This document shows positions 42,677 through 50,718 of a stretch of 64,000 nucleotides of DNA, piece after piece. Source of the stretch: Candidatus Peregrinibacteria bacterium Greene0416_19 (GTDB lineage: Bacteria > Patescibacteriota > Gracilibacteria > Peribacterales > Peribacteraceae); contig VMEW01000001.1 in assembly GCA_007375735.1 (NCBI GenBank), positions 11,831 through 75,830 on the forward strand. Reading direction: 5' to 3'. A program made the position numbers and the translations under genes. The notes under the pieces are model-generated. The model was given only the letters and a program-made list of their open reading frames with translations, did no database searches and was not told the origin of the DNA. Each line of letters opens with the position of its first letter. Position 1 is the first letter of the stretch.

Positions 42677-43837
42677 ATGCGCATCGCCTACGTCACCCAT
42701 ACTCGCTTCCCCACCGAAAAGGCGCACGGCATGCAGGTGGCGCAGGTGTGCCATGCTCTGTCGCGCCTGGGACACCAGGTGACGCTCGTGACGCCGACGG
42801 TAGAAAATTCAATTCACGAGGATCCGCACGCGTACTACGGTTTGCCTCATTCGTTCGATGTTCTCACACTCGAGCACTTCGACGCGCGCACGTCGCCGTG
42901 GGTGCCCGGCTTCCTCCACTTCCGCGTGTCGATGCGCGCCTACCGGCGGGAACTTGCAAGATACTTCGCATCCGAGAAGCCCGATCTGATCTACGCGCGC
43001 TCGCCGCTCCTGCTCAGCGAACTCCTCGCGACAGGTGTTCCGGTCATTCTGGAGCTCCACTCACTCCCGCGCGTCGGACGGTGGATATTCGTCAGGAATT
43101 GTCATCGCTGTCGGAGCGTCGTGTGCCTCACATCGCTCCTCAAACATGAACTGCAGTCATGGGGCGTGAAGGAGGAGAACACCATCGTCGAAGGCGATGC
43201 GGTCGATCTGGATCGTTTCCGCGATCCGGTGCCGCTCTACGAGGCGAAGGAACAGTGGAAACTCCCGCGCACTGCGCCCGTCATCGCCTACGTCGGCACA
43301 CTCGTCACGCAGAATACGATCGAGAAGGGGGTTCCGGAGCTCATCGAAGCGTTTGTCCTCCTGCAGAAGAAAGGTATCAAGTTCTTCGGCTGGATTGTCG
43401 GCGGGCCGCACGAGTGGGTCGAGACGTACAAAGCTCGCGCCAAAGAACTCGGCATCGATGCGCACATCCGCTTCGAAGGCGCCATCCGCGTGGAGAAGGT
43501 TCCCTCGGCCCTCAGCGCAGTCGACGTGTGCGTCTACCCCGCGCCGCGCTCCGCTCATCCGTACTTCACCCGCGACACCTCCCCGCTCAAGCTCTTCGAG
43601 TACATGGCCGCCGAAAAGCCGATCGTATGCGCGGATCTGCCGCCGCTGCGCGACGTCGTCGATGAGAAGCTCGTGGAGTTCTGCGAGCCGGGAGATGCGC
43701 AGTCGCTCGCGCATGCGATCGGGAAAGTTCTCAAAAACCCGGATGCCGCGCGTGAGAAGGCACGGCGGGCGTTCCTGGCGATGGGGGGGCGGACGTGGGA
43801 GAAGCGGATGAAGAGAATCCTGGATGCGGCCTCATGA
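42677..43837 (+). CDS. GT4 glycosyltransferase
   Basis: MRIAYVTHTRFPTEKAHG N-terminus and SPLKLFEYMAAEKPIVCADLPPL. ATG lies 6 nt after TACAAT 42665-42670. Confidence 0.85.
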   Translation: MRIAYVTHTRFPTEKAHGMQVAQVCHALSRLGHQVTLVTPTVENSIHEDPHAYYGLPHSFDVLTLEHFDARTSPWVPGFLHFRVSMRAYRRELARYFASEKPDLIYARSPLLLSELLATGVPVILELHSLPRVGRWIFVRNCHRCRSVVCLTSLLKHELQSWGVKEENTIVEGDAVDLDRFRDPVPLYEAKEQWKLPRTAPVIAYVGTLVTQNTIEKGVPELIEAFVLLQKKGIKFFGWIVGGPHEWVETYKARAKELGIDAHIRFEGAIRVEKVPSALSAVDVCVYPAPRSAHPYFTRDTSPLKLFEYMAAEKPIVCADLPPLRDVVDEKLVEFCEPGDAQSLAHAIGKVLKNPDAAREKARRAFLAMGGRTWEKRMKRILDAAS

Positions 43838-43889
43838 TAAATCAAGGAGGCTCCGAAGAGCCCCCTTTTCCCGACGTCAGGCGTCGGTG

Positions 43890-44219
43890 TTACTGCTCCT
43901 TCTCCGGCCAGTCCTCGATGCGCAGGTCGTTACCTTCGCCCTGGATGCACCGAAGGGCCACCATCTGTACAAGATCGTTGATCTCCAGATCTCCGAGGAA
44001 CATCCCGGGAGCGCGGATGGTAGGCATCCCTTTGATGATCCCCAGATTGACTCCTTTCTGAATGATCCGTACGGGGATCGTGTACACCTCGGGCTCTTCC
44101 ATCGCCGCAGCGAATTGGAGGAAACCGACCGGATCGTACGTCATCAACTCCCGGAGCTTGAAGACGATTGCCTGACCCATCGTGCGCGCGGGTCGCTGAG
44201 CCCTCGCCGCTTTTTTCAT
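43890..44219 (-). CDS. hypothetical protein
   Basis: GC-rich third positions. Start uncertain (ATG 44219 or 44279). No family recognised. Confidence 0.45.
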   Translation of the reverse strand: MKKAARAQRPARTMGQAIVFKLRELMTYDPVGFLQFAAAMEEPEVYTIPVRIIQKGVNLGIIKGMPTIRAPGMFLGDLEINDLVQMVALRCIQGEGNDLRIEDWPEKEQ

Positions 44220-44393
44220 CGAGGCCTTCTTCGGAGTCGTCACGACATGTCTCCTTGAAAAGAGCAGATTCCCAGCCATCCATGACCGGGATTCTGCAAA
44301 AACAGGAACCCAGCATCCAGACTGGATGTATACAGTACAATTTCAATTAATTTAGTCAATACAACACTGCGTCGTCCCGGACAGCGTTTTCGT

Positions 44394-44810
44394 ATGATGC
44401 GACGCATGGAAGGCGTTCTGTCGGTTACCAAAGGCTCCGATGTCTACGCCCTGTTCGTCGATGCCTCCCTGCCGGTGGAGGGTCACCACTTCGTCACCGA
44501 CAATGCGGCGGAATTCCAGGTCGGACTGTTCCAGCGCCCCGCCGGACACGCCGTGAAGCCGCACATGCATCCGCGGCGCGCGCAGACCATTCAGGGCGTG
44601 ACGGAGTTCGTGTATATAAAAGAAGGGAAGGTCCGGGTGAAGGTTTTCGACGAGGAGTGGAACGAACTCGCCGTCTACGAAGCCGGGGCCGGACATTTTT
44701 TCGTCTTCTTCCGCGGCGGACATGCGATTGACATGCTGGAGCCGACACGGTTTATAGAAGTGAAGCAGGGGCCGTATCCGGGGGATAAGGTGGCGAAGGT
44801 GTTTCAGTGA
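44394..44810 (+). CDS. cupin-fold protein (possible sugar keto-isomerase/epimerase)
   Basis: 138 aa with a His-rich cupin motif (GHAVKPHMHP ... GGHAIDM). Located upstream of the DegT aminotransferase. The specific activity is not recognised. Confidence 0.6.
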   Translation: MMRRMEGVLSVTKGSDVYALFVDASLPVEGHHFVTDNAAEFQVGLFQRPAGHAVKPHMHPRRAQTIQGVTEFVYIKEGKVRVKVFDEEWNELAVYEAGAGHFFVFFRGGHAIDMLEPTRFIEVKQGPYPGDKVAKVFQ

Positions 44811-44869
44811 GTGGTCTGCATTCATATCTATTGTGGCATTCCAGCCCCCCCCTGCCATTTAAACAAGTA

Positions 44870-44980
44870 GCCCCCACCCCCCGACCCCCTCCCCCGACGG
44901 GGGAGGGGGAGAACGTCAGAAAGAGCATTGATATCGTCCCCCCTTCCCCCATCGGGGGAAGGGGCAGGGGGATGGGGGCT
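44870..44980. repeat. two adjacent G/C hairpin repeats
   Basis: GCCCCCACCCCCCGACCCCCTCCCCCGACGGGGGAGGGGGAG at 44870-44911, and TCCCCCCCTTCCCCCATCGGGGGAAGGGGCAGGGGGATGGGGGC at 44937-44980. Confidence 0.85.
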
Positions 44981-45030
44981 GATTGCTTCAATGGGGATGG
45001 GGGCTGAAAAACCTGTGCTACTCTTGCCCC

Positions 45031-46167
45031 ATGCACGTTCCCGTCAACGAGCCCCTCATCTCCGCCGAAGCCAAGGCGTACGTGAACGATGCGCTTGATA
45101 CCGGCTGGATTTCTTCTTCCGGTCCCTCCATCGATCGGTTTGAGCGCACGTTCGCCGATTACCTGGGAGTGAAGCACGCCGTCACGACGATGAATGGCAC
45201 GACCGCCCTGCATCTCGCGCTCGCCACGCTCGACATCGGCCCGGGTGATGAAGTGATCGTGCCGGACTTCACGATGATCGCTTCGGTCGCGGCGGTTCTC
45301 TACACCGGGGCTCTGCCGGTGTTCGTCGATGCCGATCCGGAGACATGGTGCATGGATGTCTCGCAGATCGAGGGGAAGATCACGCCGAAGACGAAAGCGA
45401 TCATGCCGGTGCACATCTACGGACATCCCTGCGATATGGATCCTGTTCTGGATCTTGCGAAGCGGCATGGACTGACAGTCGTCGAAGACGCAGCGGAAGC
45501 GCATGGTGCCGCTTACAACGGTTCGACGCCGCTCACCGCAGGGGGGCGGCTGTGCGGTTCGATGGGTCGGATCAACGCCTTCAGTTTCTACGCGAATAAA
45601 ATCATCACCACGGGCGAGGGTGGGATGGTCGTGACGGACGATGATGCGCTCGCTGCCCGTGCCCGCTCGCTCAAAGATCTGGCGCACAGTCCCGGCAAGC
45701 GCTTCTGGCACGAGGAACTCGGGTACAACTACCGCATGACCAATTTACAAGCGGCGGTGGGCCTGGGACAACTCGAGAACGTGGCATCCTACCTGGCTCA
45801 CAAGAAATGGATGGCGGCGGAGTACGGCAAACGACTCTCGAAGATTGGCGGCATCCGGCTCCCAGTCACGAAGCCGTGGGCGACGAACGTGTACTGGATG
45901 TATGGCATCGTCATCGAGGAATCATTCGGCATGACCCGTGATCAATTCAGGGATGCATTGAAGGAGAAAGGCGTCGATACCCGGGATTTTTTCTACTCCT
46001 CGGCCACCCAACCAATGGTGAGGAAGCTCGTCGGCGACCAAGGGCCGTTCCCTGTGTCGCAGAGGCTCGGGGAATGTGGACTGTACCTTCCGTCGGGGCT
46101 TGCGCTGACGCAGGAACAAATCGAGTATGTGTGCGATGCAATCCAACAGGTCGCCCGTGCCGCATGA
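45031..46167 (+). CDS. DegT/DnrJ/EryC1/StrS family sugar aminotransferase
   Basis: EPLISAEAKAYVNDALDTGWISS N-terminus and PLP-Lys context FSFYANKIITTGEGG. ATG lies 6 nt after TACTCT 45019-45024. Confidence 0.9.
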   Translation: MHVPVNEPLISAEAKAYVNDALDTGWISSSGPSIDRFERTFADYLGVKHAVTTMNGTTALHLALATLDIGPGDEVIVPDFTMIASVAAVLYTGALPVFVDADPETWCMDVSQIEGKITPKTKAIMPVHIYGHPCDMDPVLDLAKRHGLTVVEDAAEAHGAAYNGSTPLTAGGRLCGSMGRINAFSFYANKIITTGEGGMVVTDDDALAARARSLKDLAHSPGKRFWHEELGYNYRMTNLQAAVGLGQLENVASYLAHKKWMAAEYGKRLSKIGGIRLPVTKPWATNVYWMYGIVIEESFGMTRDQFRDALKEKGVDTRDFFYSSATQPMVRKLVGDQGPFPVSQRLGECGLYLPSGLALTQEQIEYVCDAIQQVARAA

Positions 46168-46915
46168 GATCACATTCGTATCGGTCATCCTCCCCACCTA
46201 CAATGAAGTGGAGAACATCGTGCCGTTGACGGAGGCGATCCACGGCGCGATCAGGTATCCTCATGAGATCATCGTCGTCGATGATAATTCTCCGGATGGA
46301 ACGTCGCAGGCGGTTCGATATGCCATCGATAGTGGCAGCGTTCAGGGACTCAGGCTTGAAACTCGCCTGACCGATCGGGGACTCACCAAGAGCATTCAGC
46401 AGGGCATCGATCTCGCCCAGGGCGACGTGATCGTGTGGATGGATTGCGATTTCTCCATGCCGCCGGAGAAGATCCTGGAGCTGCTCGCAAGGGTCGAAGA
46501 GGGATATGACATGGCGATCGGCTCGCGATTCGTTGCAGGCGGCAGCACGAAGGACTTCGACGCGGGGGGCGGCAAGGAGGAATCGAAACTTGTCATCGTG
46601 CTCAGTCAGTTCCTCAACTGGCTCACGCGTTTCCTTCTCTACAAGAATTTCCACGACTACACCAGTGGCTTCATCGCGGTGCGAAAGGAAGTACTCGAAT
46701 CGATCCCGCTTTGCGGCGACTACGGCGAGTACTTCATGGATTTGATGGTGCATGCGATCAAGCGCGGGTACACATTCATCGAGATTCCGTATACCTGCGT
46801 CCCGCGTCGTGCGGGCGAGACGAAGACGGGCGGAAGTATCATGGTTATTGTCCGGCGTGGGATGAAGTACTTGTGGGCGCTAGCGCGACTCTGGTGCTTC
46901 AAAATCTTCGGATGA
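46127..46915 (+). CDS. GT2 glycosyltransferase, Dpm1/ArnC-like
   Basis: VSVILPTYNEVENI, VVDDNSPDGT and MDCDFSMPPEKI motifs. Start uncertain (46127/46136/GTG 46157); all candidates overlap the DegT 3' end. Confidence 0.8.
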   Translation: MCAMQSNRSPVPHEITFVSVILPTYNEVENIVPLTEAIHGAIRYPHEIIVVDDNSPDGTSQAVRYAIDSGSVQGLRLETRLTDRGLTKSIQQGIDLAQGDVIVWMDCDFSMPPEKILELLARVEEGYDMAIGSRFVAGGSTKDFDAGGGKEESKLVIVLSQFLNWLTRFLLYKNFHDYTSGFIAVRKEVLESIPLCGDYGEYFMDLMVHAIKRGYTFIEIPYTCVPRRAGETKTGGSIMVIVRRGMKYLWALARLWCFKIFG

Positions 46916-47018
46916 AGCAAAATGTTATTTGTTGTGTTTTGAACCGCGCGTGGCATGCACGAATATGGCGACAGCCAAGCCAATGATGGCCAGAGTGAGG
47001 TAGAAGAGCAGGAATGGG

Positions 47019-47219
47019 TCAACGGCAATATTCATTCTTGGCTGAGCAAATATAGAGACTGAAATACCAGAACATGAACGACAAAACCAAGCCCAATGCT
47101 GCTTGCAAAATGTTGATCGAGTCAAGAAGAAAGGGCAAAAAGATTGACGCAAGCGTCACTTGCGCGATGTCGGTGCAGATGCCGGAAAGCCGCTCCCGTT
47201 GAGTGTCGGTCAAAACCAT
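47019..47219 (-). CDS. small membrane protein (hypothetical)
   Basis: 66 aa with 2 TM helices in a low-GC patch. ATG lies 8 nt after TAATCT (complement of 47228-47233). A further 36-aa TM mini-ORF (46925..47035) overlaps its 3' end. Confidence 0.45.
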   Translation of the reverse strand: MVLTDTQRERLSGICTDIAQVTLASIFLPFLLDSINILQAALGLVLSFMFWYFSLYICSAKNEYCR

Positions 47220-47262
47220 AGCATGCGAGATTACTCCCGTGAGTCATACCGGACAAGCGGTA

Positions 47263-48273
47263 TTACAAATCCAGTTCATGCTTTATGACGACAGCAGCTT
47301 TTTCGATCGTGGTGACACTTGGATGAACGGTATCCCAGCTGAGCGTCTCGACTTCATTTCCGAAGGTGTCGTAGAGATCGATCACCGTGAAGCCCGCCTT
47401 CCCAGCGATCGATCGCAGCTTCGGTCGCGTCGGAGCGTGCAGTTCCTTGTCCGGCCAGATAACGAAGAGCTTCGGCATGGATGCCGGCAACGCCGACGCG
47501 AAGGCGCTGAGTGTGCGCGCGTATCGGTCGATGTTCTCCGGGCGGACGCTCTCCTGTTCGGGATGTTCCTTGAATTCCTTCTGTTGCGCGCGCAGGTTGC
47601 TCCTTTCCGTCCGCGCGCTCACGAGTTTCTTCACCGTTCGGTAGAAGGCGCTGTGGAGGTCCAACCAGCAGCGGCCTGGAACCAGGCCCAGGATACCGGT
47701 TTCGATGGGGTTGCAGCGTCGCGGTTCCCGCTGCCATCCGGCTGGACGCAGGTTCCCCTCGTCGTCTACCACGCCGGGGTCCATGTCGTGCAGGTCATTC
47801 CAATAGAAGACGATGATGAGCGCCGCCGGATCGAGCGATCGTATCTTCGTATCGTAGGCAGAAACTTCCTGCGAGAGGGTATAACCCGGCACCCCCGCGT
47901 TCAGGACGTTGTATTGATGGGCCAGGAGCCCGCTCAGTTTTGCGGACAACGTCTGATCATCCGCGACGCCGTAGCCGAACGAGATGGAGTCGCCGAGAAC
48001 AGCGATGGTTCGTTTCTGAGGATCGATCTCTGGCGAACGGAAGCCCAGGGAATTTGTGGTGACGATGCGGCGGTATGCGCGCTCGTGGACGTTTGGACGC
48101 AGCTCGTAACTGATTCGCGGATCGGCGCTCGTGCGGAAAATCTGCGGCGGGCCGGGATGACCTTTCTCCACTCCGGTGACACGGAGTGACACTTCGCCGA
48201 CAACGAAGAAGCCGATGACGGTGCCGAAGAGGAAGGAGAGGTTGATGAGCCGATCGCGCGTCAGGGATCGCAT
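47263..48273 (-). CDS. membrane-anchored SGNH/GDSL hydrolase family protein
   Basis: N-terminal TM helix, block I AVLGDSISFGYG and block V WDTVHPS. Confidence 0.8.
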   Translation of the reverse strand: MRSLTRDRLINLSFLFGTVIGFFVVGEVSLRVTGVEKGHPGPPQIFRTSADPRISYELRPNVHERAYRRIVTTNSLGFRSPEIDPQKRTIAVLGDSISFGYGVADDQTLSAKLSGLLAHQYNVLNAGVPGYTLSQEVSAYDTKIRSLDPAALIIVFYWNDLHDMDPGVVDDEGNLRPAGWQREPRRCNPIETGILGLVPGRCWLDLHSAFYRTVKKLVSARTERSNLRAQQKEFKEHPEQESVRPENIDRYARTLSAFASALPASMPKLFVIWPDKELHAPTRPKLRSIAGKAGFTVIDLYDTFGNEVETLSWDTVHPSVTTIEKAAVVIKHELDL

Positions 48274-48316
48274 CGCGGATACCGTAGCGGTGAGACCGGT
48301 GCTCGGCTACTGGTCG

Positions 48317-48435
48317 GTGCCCCCTCCCTGCGTCCCTCCCCTCGCTTCGCTGGGGGAGGGAAAGAAATATTTTCTTTGCTTACCTTCCCTCTCCCAGGCC
48401 GAAGGCCGAGGGGGAGGGACGCAGGGAGGGGGCAT
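48317..48435. repeat. 119-bp palindromic element (ATGCCCCC-terminus family)
   Basis: GCCCCCTCCCTGCGTCCCTCCCCTCG (left arm) pairs with CGAGGGGGAGGGACGCAGGGAGGGGGC (right arm). The inner word CCCTCTCCCAGGCCG is shared with 7665-7680. Confidence 0.85.
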
Positions 48436-48535
48436 GTTTCCACGCCGCCAGACTTCGAAAAACCCTCCCCGTCGACTCGACCTTTTCCCCTTCGCTACGC
48501 CCAAAGAGTATAGTGGCTAGAGTATTTTCCCCGCT

Positions 48536-50074
48536 ATGCGTCGCTCCATCTCCATCGCACTCCTCACCCTCCTCCCGGCATCAGCCGCCTTCGCCGCGTT
48601 TCCAGATGTTCCATCCGAGTATCCGTATGCGGAGGGGATCGCCTACGTCCAAGAGCAGAACATCGTATCCGGCTATCCGGACGGGACGTACCTCCCCAAC
48701 CGCATGGTCAACCGGGCGGAGTTCACCAAGATCATCATTGCATCCCGCTATGCAAAACCAGCCATCGATGCCTGTCTGCGGCAACACCCGGATGCCCTCC
48801 GCTTCCGGGACGTGCCGGTGGGGAGCTGGTATGCGCCGTTCCTGTGCATGGCGGTGACGGGGAAGATCATTGGCGGTTACCCCGACGGCACCTTCCGCGG
48901 CGCCGGCACCATCAACTTCGCAGAAGCAGCCAAGATCTTCGCAGGCGGTTTCGCGCTCAGGACCGATGACAGCCTGGGCACCGTGTACGGCGAATCGGTG
49001 TGGTACCGGCCGTCCACCATGAAGTTGGCCCAAATGGACGCGATCCCTTCGACGGTCGACCGGAATGATCACCCCGTCACGCGGGGCGAGATGGCGGAAA
49101 TGATCTACCGACTGCAGACGGGGCAGAAGTCCACACCCTCCGAATCGTCGCGCACGGTGAGCGACCCCGCGGGATTCTCCTTCACGTACCCTGCCGACAT
49201 TTTTCTGGTTGTTCCCTCCTCCGATACCGTGGCAGTGGGAGCCGATGTGAGCAAGGAGCGGAAGGTGAATGGTATCCGCCTTGTCCACGCGGCGCCGGTG
49301 GAGCATTGCGATCTGTCGGGATTGCCGGAGCACTGCACGCCGCTCACGCGGGACAGCACGATCGGCTTCTTCGTGGTGCCGGAATTCTACTCGGTTCTCA
49401 AGAACTTGGCACAGCCCTGGCAGCGCGAAACCGAAATGCAGGTCGGCGGCGTCACCGGATTCACCTTCACGTCGGGCGCCGAGGGGGAGGGAAACGTCTA
49501 CATCTTCCTGCCGCTCACCGACCGCAGCACACTCATGATCGTGCGCTCGTTCATCAGCGAGGACACGAATTTGGCATACAAGGGCGTAAGCGGTTTCCTG
49601 CCGATCGCGGAGCAGGAGAAGGTCAGCAAGCAGGTACTGGACTCCCTCACCCTCCAGAGCGCCCCGGCGGGTGCCACAACGCAGGTGAAGCTCTTCTTCT
49701 TCAGTGAGAAGGATCGCAAAGAGGCGACCTACCAGGCGAGTTTTCCCGTGACCCGCACCACCCCCAAATCGGAGCGTATTGCCGATGCCGCGCTCCGGCT
49801 CCTCTTCGCCGGGCCAACGACAGACGAACAGAATCAGGGCGCCCGGACCATGCCGGAACTGTCCGCACTCGCATCGCCCTACATCAGCGTCTCCGTGAAG
49901 GACGGCACCGCGTACGTGAATTTCCACAAGGAGGCGCTGGAGCACCTGAACGCGGTCGCCGGCATCCAGCATATGGTCAAGGCGCCGATTGAGGCCACGC
50001 TCAAGCAGTTCCCGACGATCAAGCAGGTGCAGTATGCGATTGATGGGAAGGTGTATACGGAGTGGGGGGCCTAG
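48536..50074 (+). CDS. secreted cell-wall protein with three SLH repeats and a C-terminal GerMN domain
   Basis: Signal peptide (LLTLLPASAAFA). SLH repeats begin FPDVPSEYPYAEGIAYV, FRDVPVGSWYAPF and VWYRPST. The C-terminus LLFAGPTTDEQNQG...VNFHKE...IDGKVY is GerMN-like. Confidence 0.8.
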   Translation: MRRSISIALLTLLPASAAFAAFPDVPSEYPYAEGIAYVQEQNIVSGYPDGTYLPNRMVNRAEFTKIIIASRYAKPAIDACLRQHPDALRFRDVPVGSWYAPFLCMAVTGKIIGGYPDGTFRGAGTINFAEAAKIFAGGFALRTDDSLGTVYGESVWYRPSTMKLAQMDAIPSTVDRNDHPVTRGEMAEMIYRLQTGQKSTPSESSRTVSDPAGFSFTYPADIFLVVPSSDTVAVGADVSKERKVNGIRLVHAAPVEHCDLSGLPEHCTPLTRDSTIGFFVVPEFYSVLKNLAQPWQRETEMQVGGVTGFTFTSGAEGEGNVYIFLPLTDRSTLMIVRSFISEDTNLAYKGVSGFLPIAEQEKVSKQVLDSLTLQSAPAGATTQVKLFFFSEKDRKEATYQASFPVTRTTPKSERIADAALRLLFAGPTTDEQNQGARTMPELSALASPYISVSVKDGTAYVNFHKEALEHLNAVAGIQHMVKAPIEATLKQFPTIKQVQYAIDGKVYTEWGA

Positions 50075-50156
50075 GGGGCGTTCCACACCAAGATGGAACG
50101 GACATTTTGATGTACCCAAGCCAAGAATCTTCGTTGTTCAACAAATAAAGAACCCC

Positions 50157-50691
50157 GAGAGCGGGTTTTCTACCCGCGGATGGCGAAGGATAACGGCATG
50201 TCCCAACGCCACCCGACCCAAAACGATTGTGTCATGTTCGTGACGACGAACGTGGCCCGTCGCCTGCCCCTCTTCGCCGATCCGGCCTGTGCCCGCGAAG
50301 CAGTCGAGACACTCTATCGTGTCCAGGCGATGTATCCGTTCTTCCTCTTCGGCTTTGTCATTATGCCGGATCATTGCCATCTTCTCCTGAAGGTTCCACC
50401 ACCAGCAGAAATTTCGAGCATCATTGGTTCCTATAAGCGGGCCGTCAGCCACAATCTCGTCCGCGGTCCCATATGGCAGCCACGATTCCATATGAAGATT
50501 CCGGGCGATTGCTATGCAGCGCTGAGATACATTCACCTGAATTCCGTGAGGGCGAAATTGACCGAGAATCCGGAGGAGTACCTGTGGTCATCAGCATCGG
50601 GGCGGTGGGACGTGCAGAGCTTAGAAGGCCCGTAGGGACATGGCGCGGGTGGAATCTTGCACCTTACAACCGCGGGTAGAAAACCCGCTCT
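50157..50691. mobile_element. RAYT cassette: Y1 transposase gene flanked by inverted REPs
   Basis: GAGAGCGGGTTTTCTACCCGCGG (50157-50179) and CCGCGGGTAGAAAACCCGCTCT (50670-50691) are inverted copies bracketing the ORF. Each unit is a GCGGGT/ACCCGC hairpin. Confidence 0.85.
50180..50635 (+). CDS. REP-associated tyrosine transposase (IS200/IS605 Y1 family)
   Basis: HUH motif in VIMPDHCHLLL and catalytic Tyr context ALRYIHLNSVRAKL...EEYLWSS. Confidence 0.85.
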   Translation: MAKDNGMSQRHPTQNDCVMFVTTNVARRLPLFADPACAREAVETLYRVQAMYPFFLFGFVIMPDHCHLLLKVPPPAEISSIIGSYKRAVSHNLVRGPIWQPRFHMKIPGDCYAALRYIHLNSVRAKLTENPEEYLWSSASGRWDVQSLEGP

Positions 50692-50718
50692 TAGATATAT
50701 TTGTTATTTGATTATTTT

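Noticed and set aside
48581-50119. 512-aa ORF on the minus strand, exactly antisense to the SLH/GerMN gene
   Set aside because: Arg/Gly/His-rich composition with no motifs. This is a typical shadow ORF in GC-rich DNA, and the plus-strand ORF has a signal peptide, SLH repeats and a GerMN domain.
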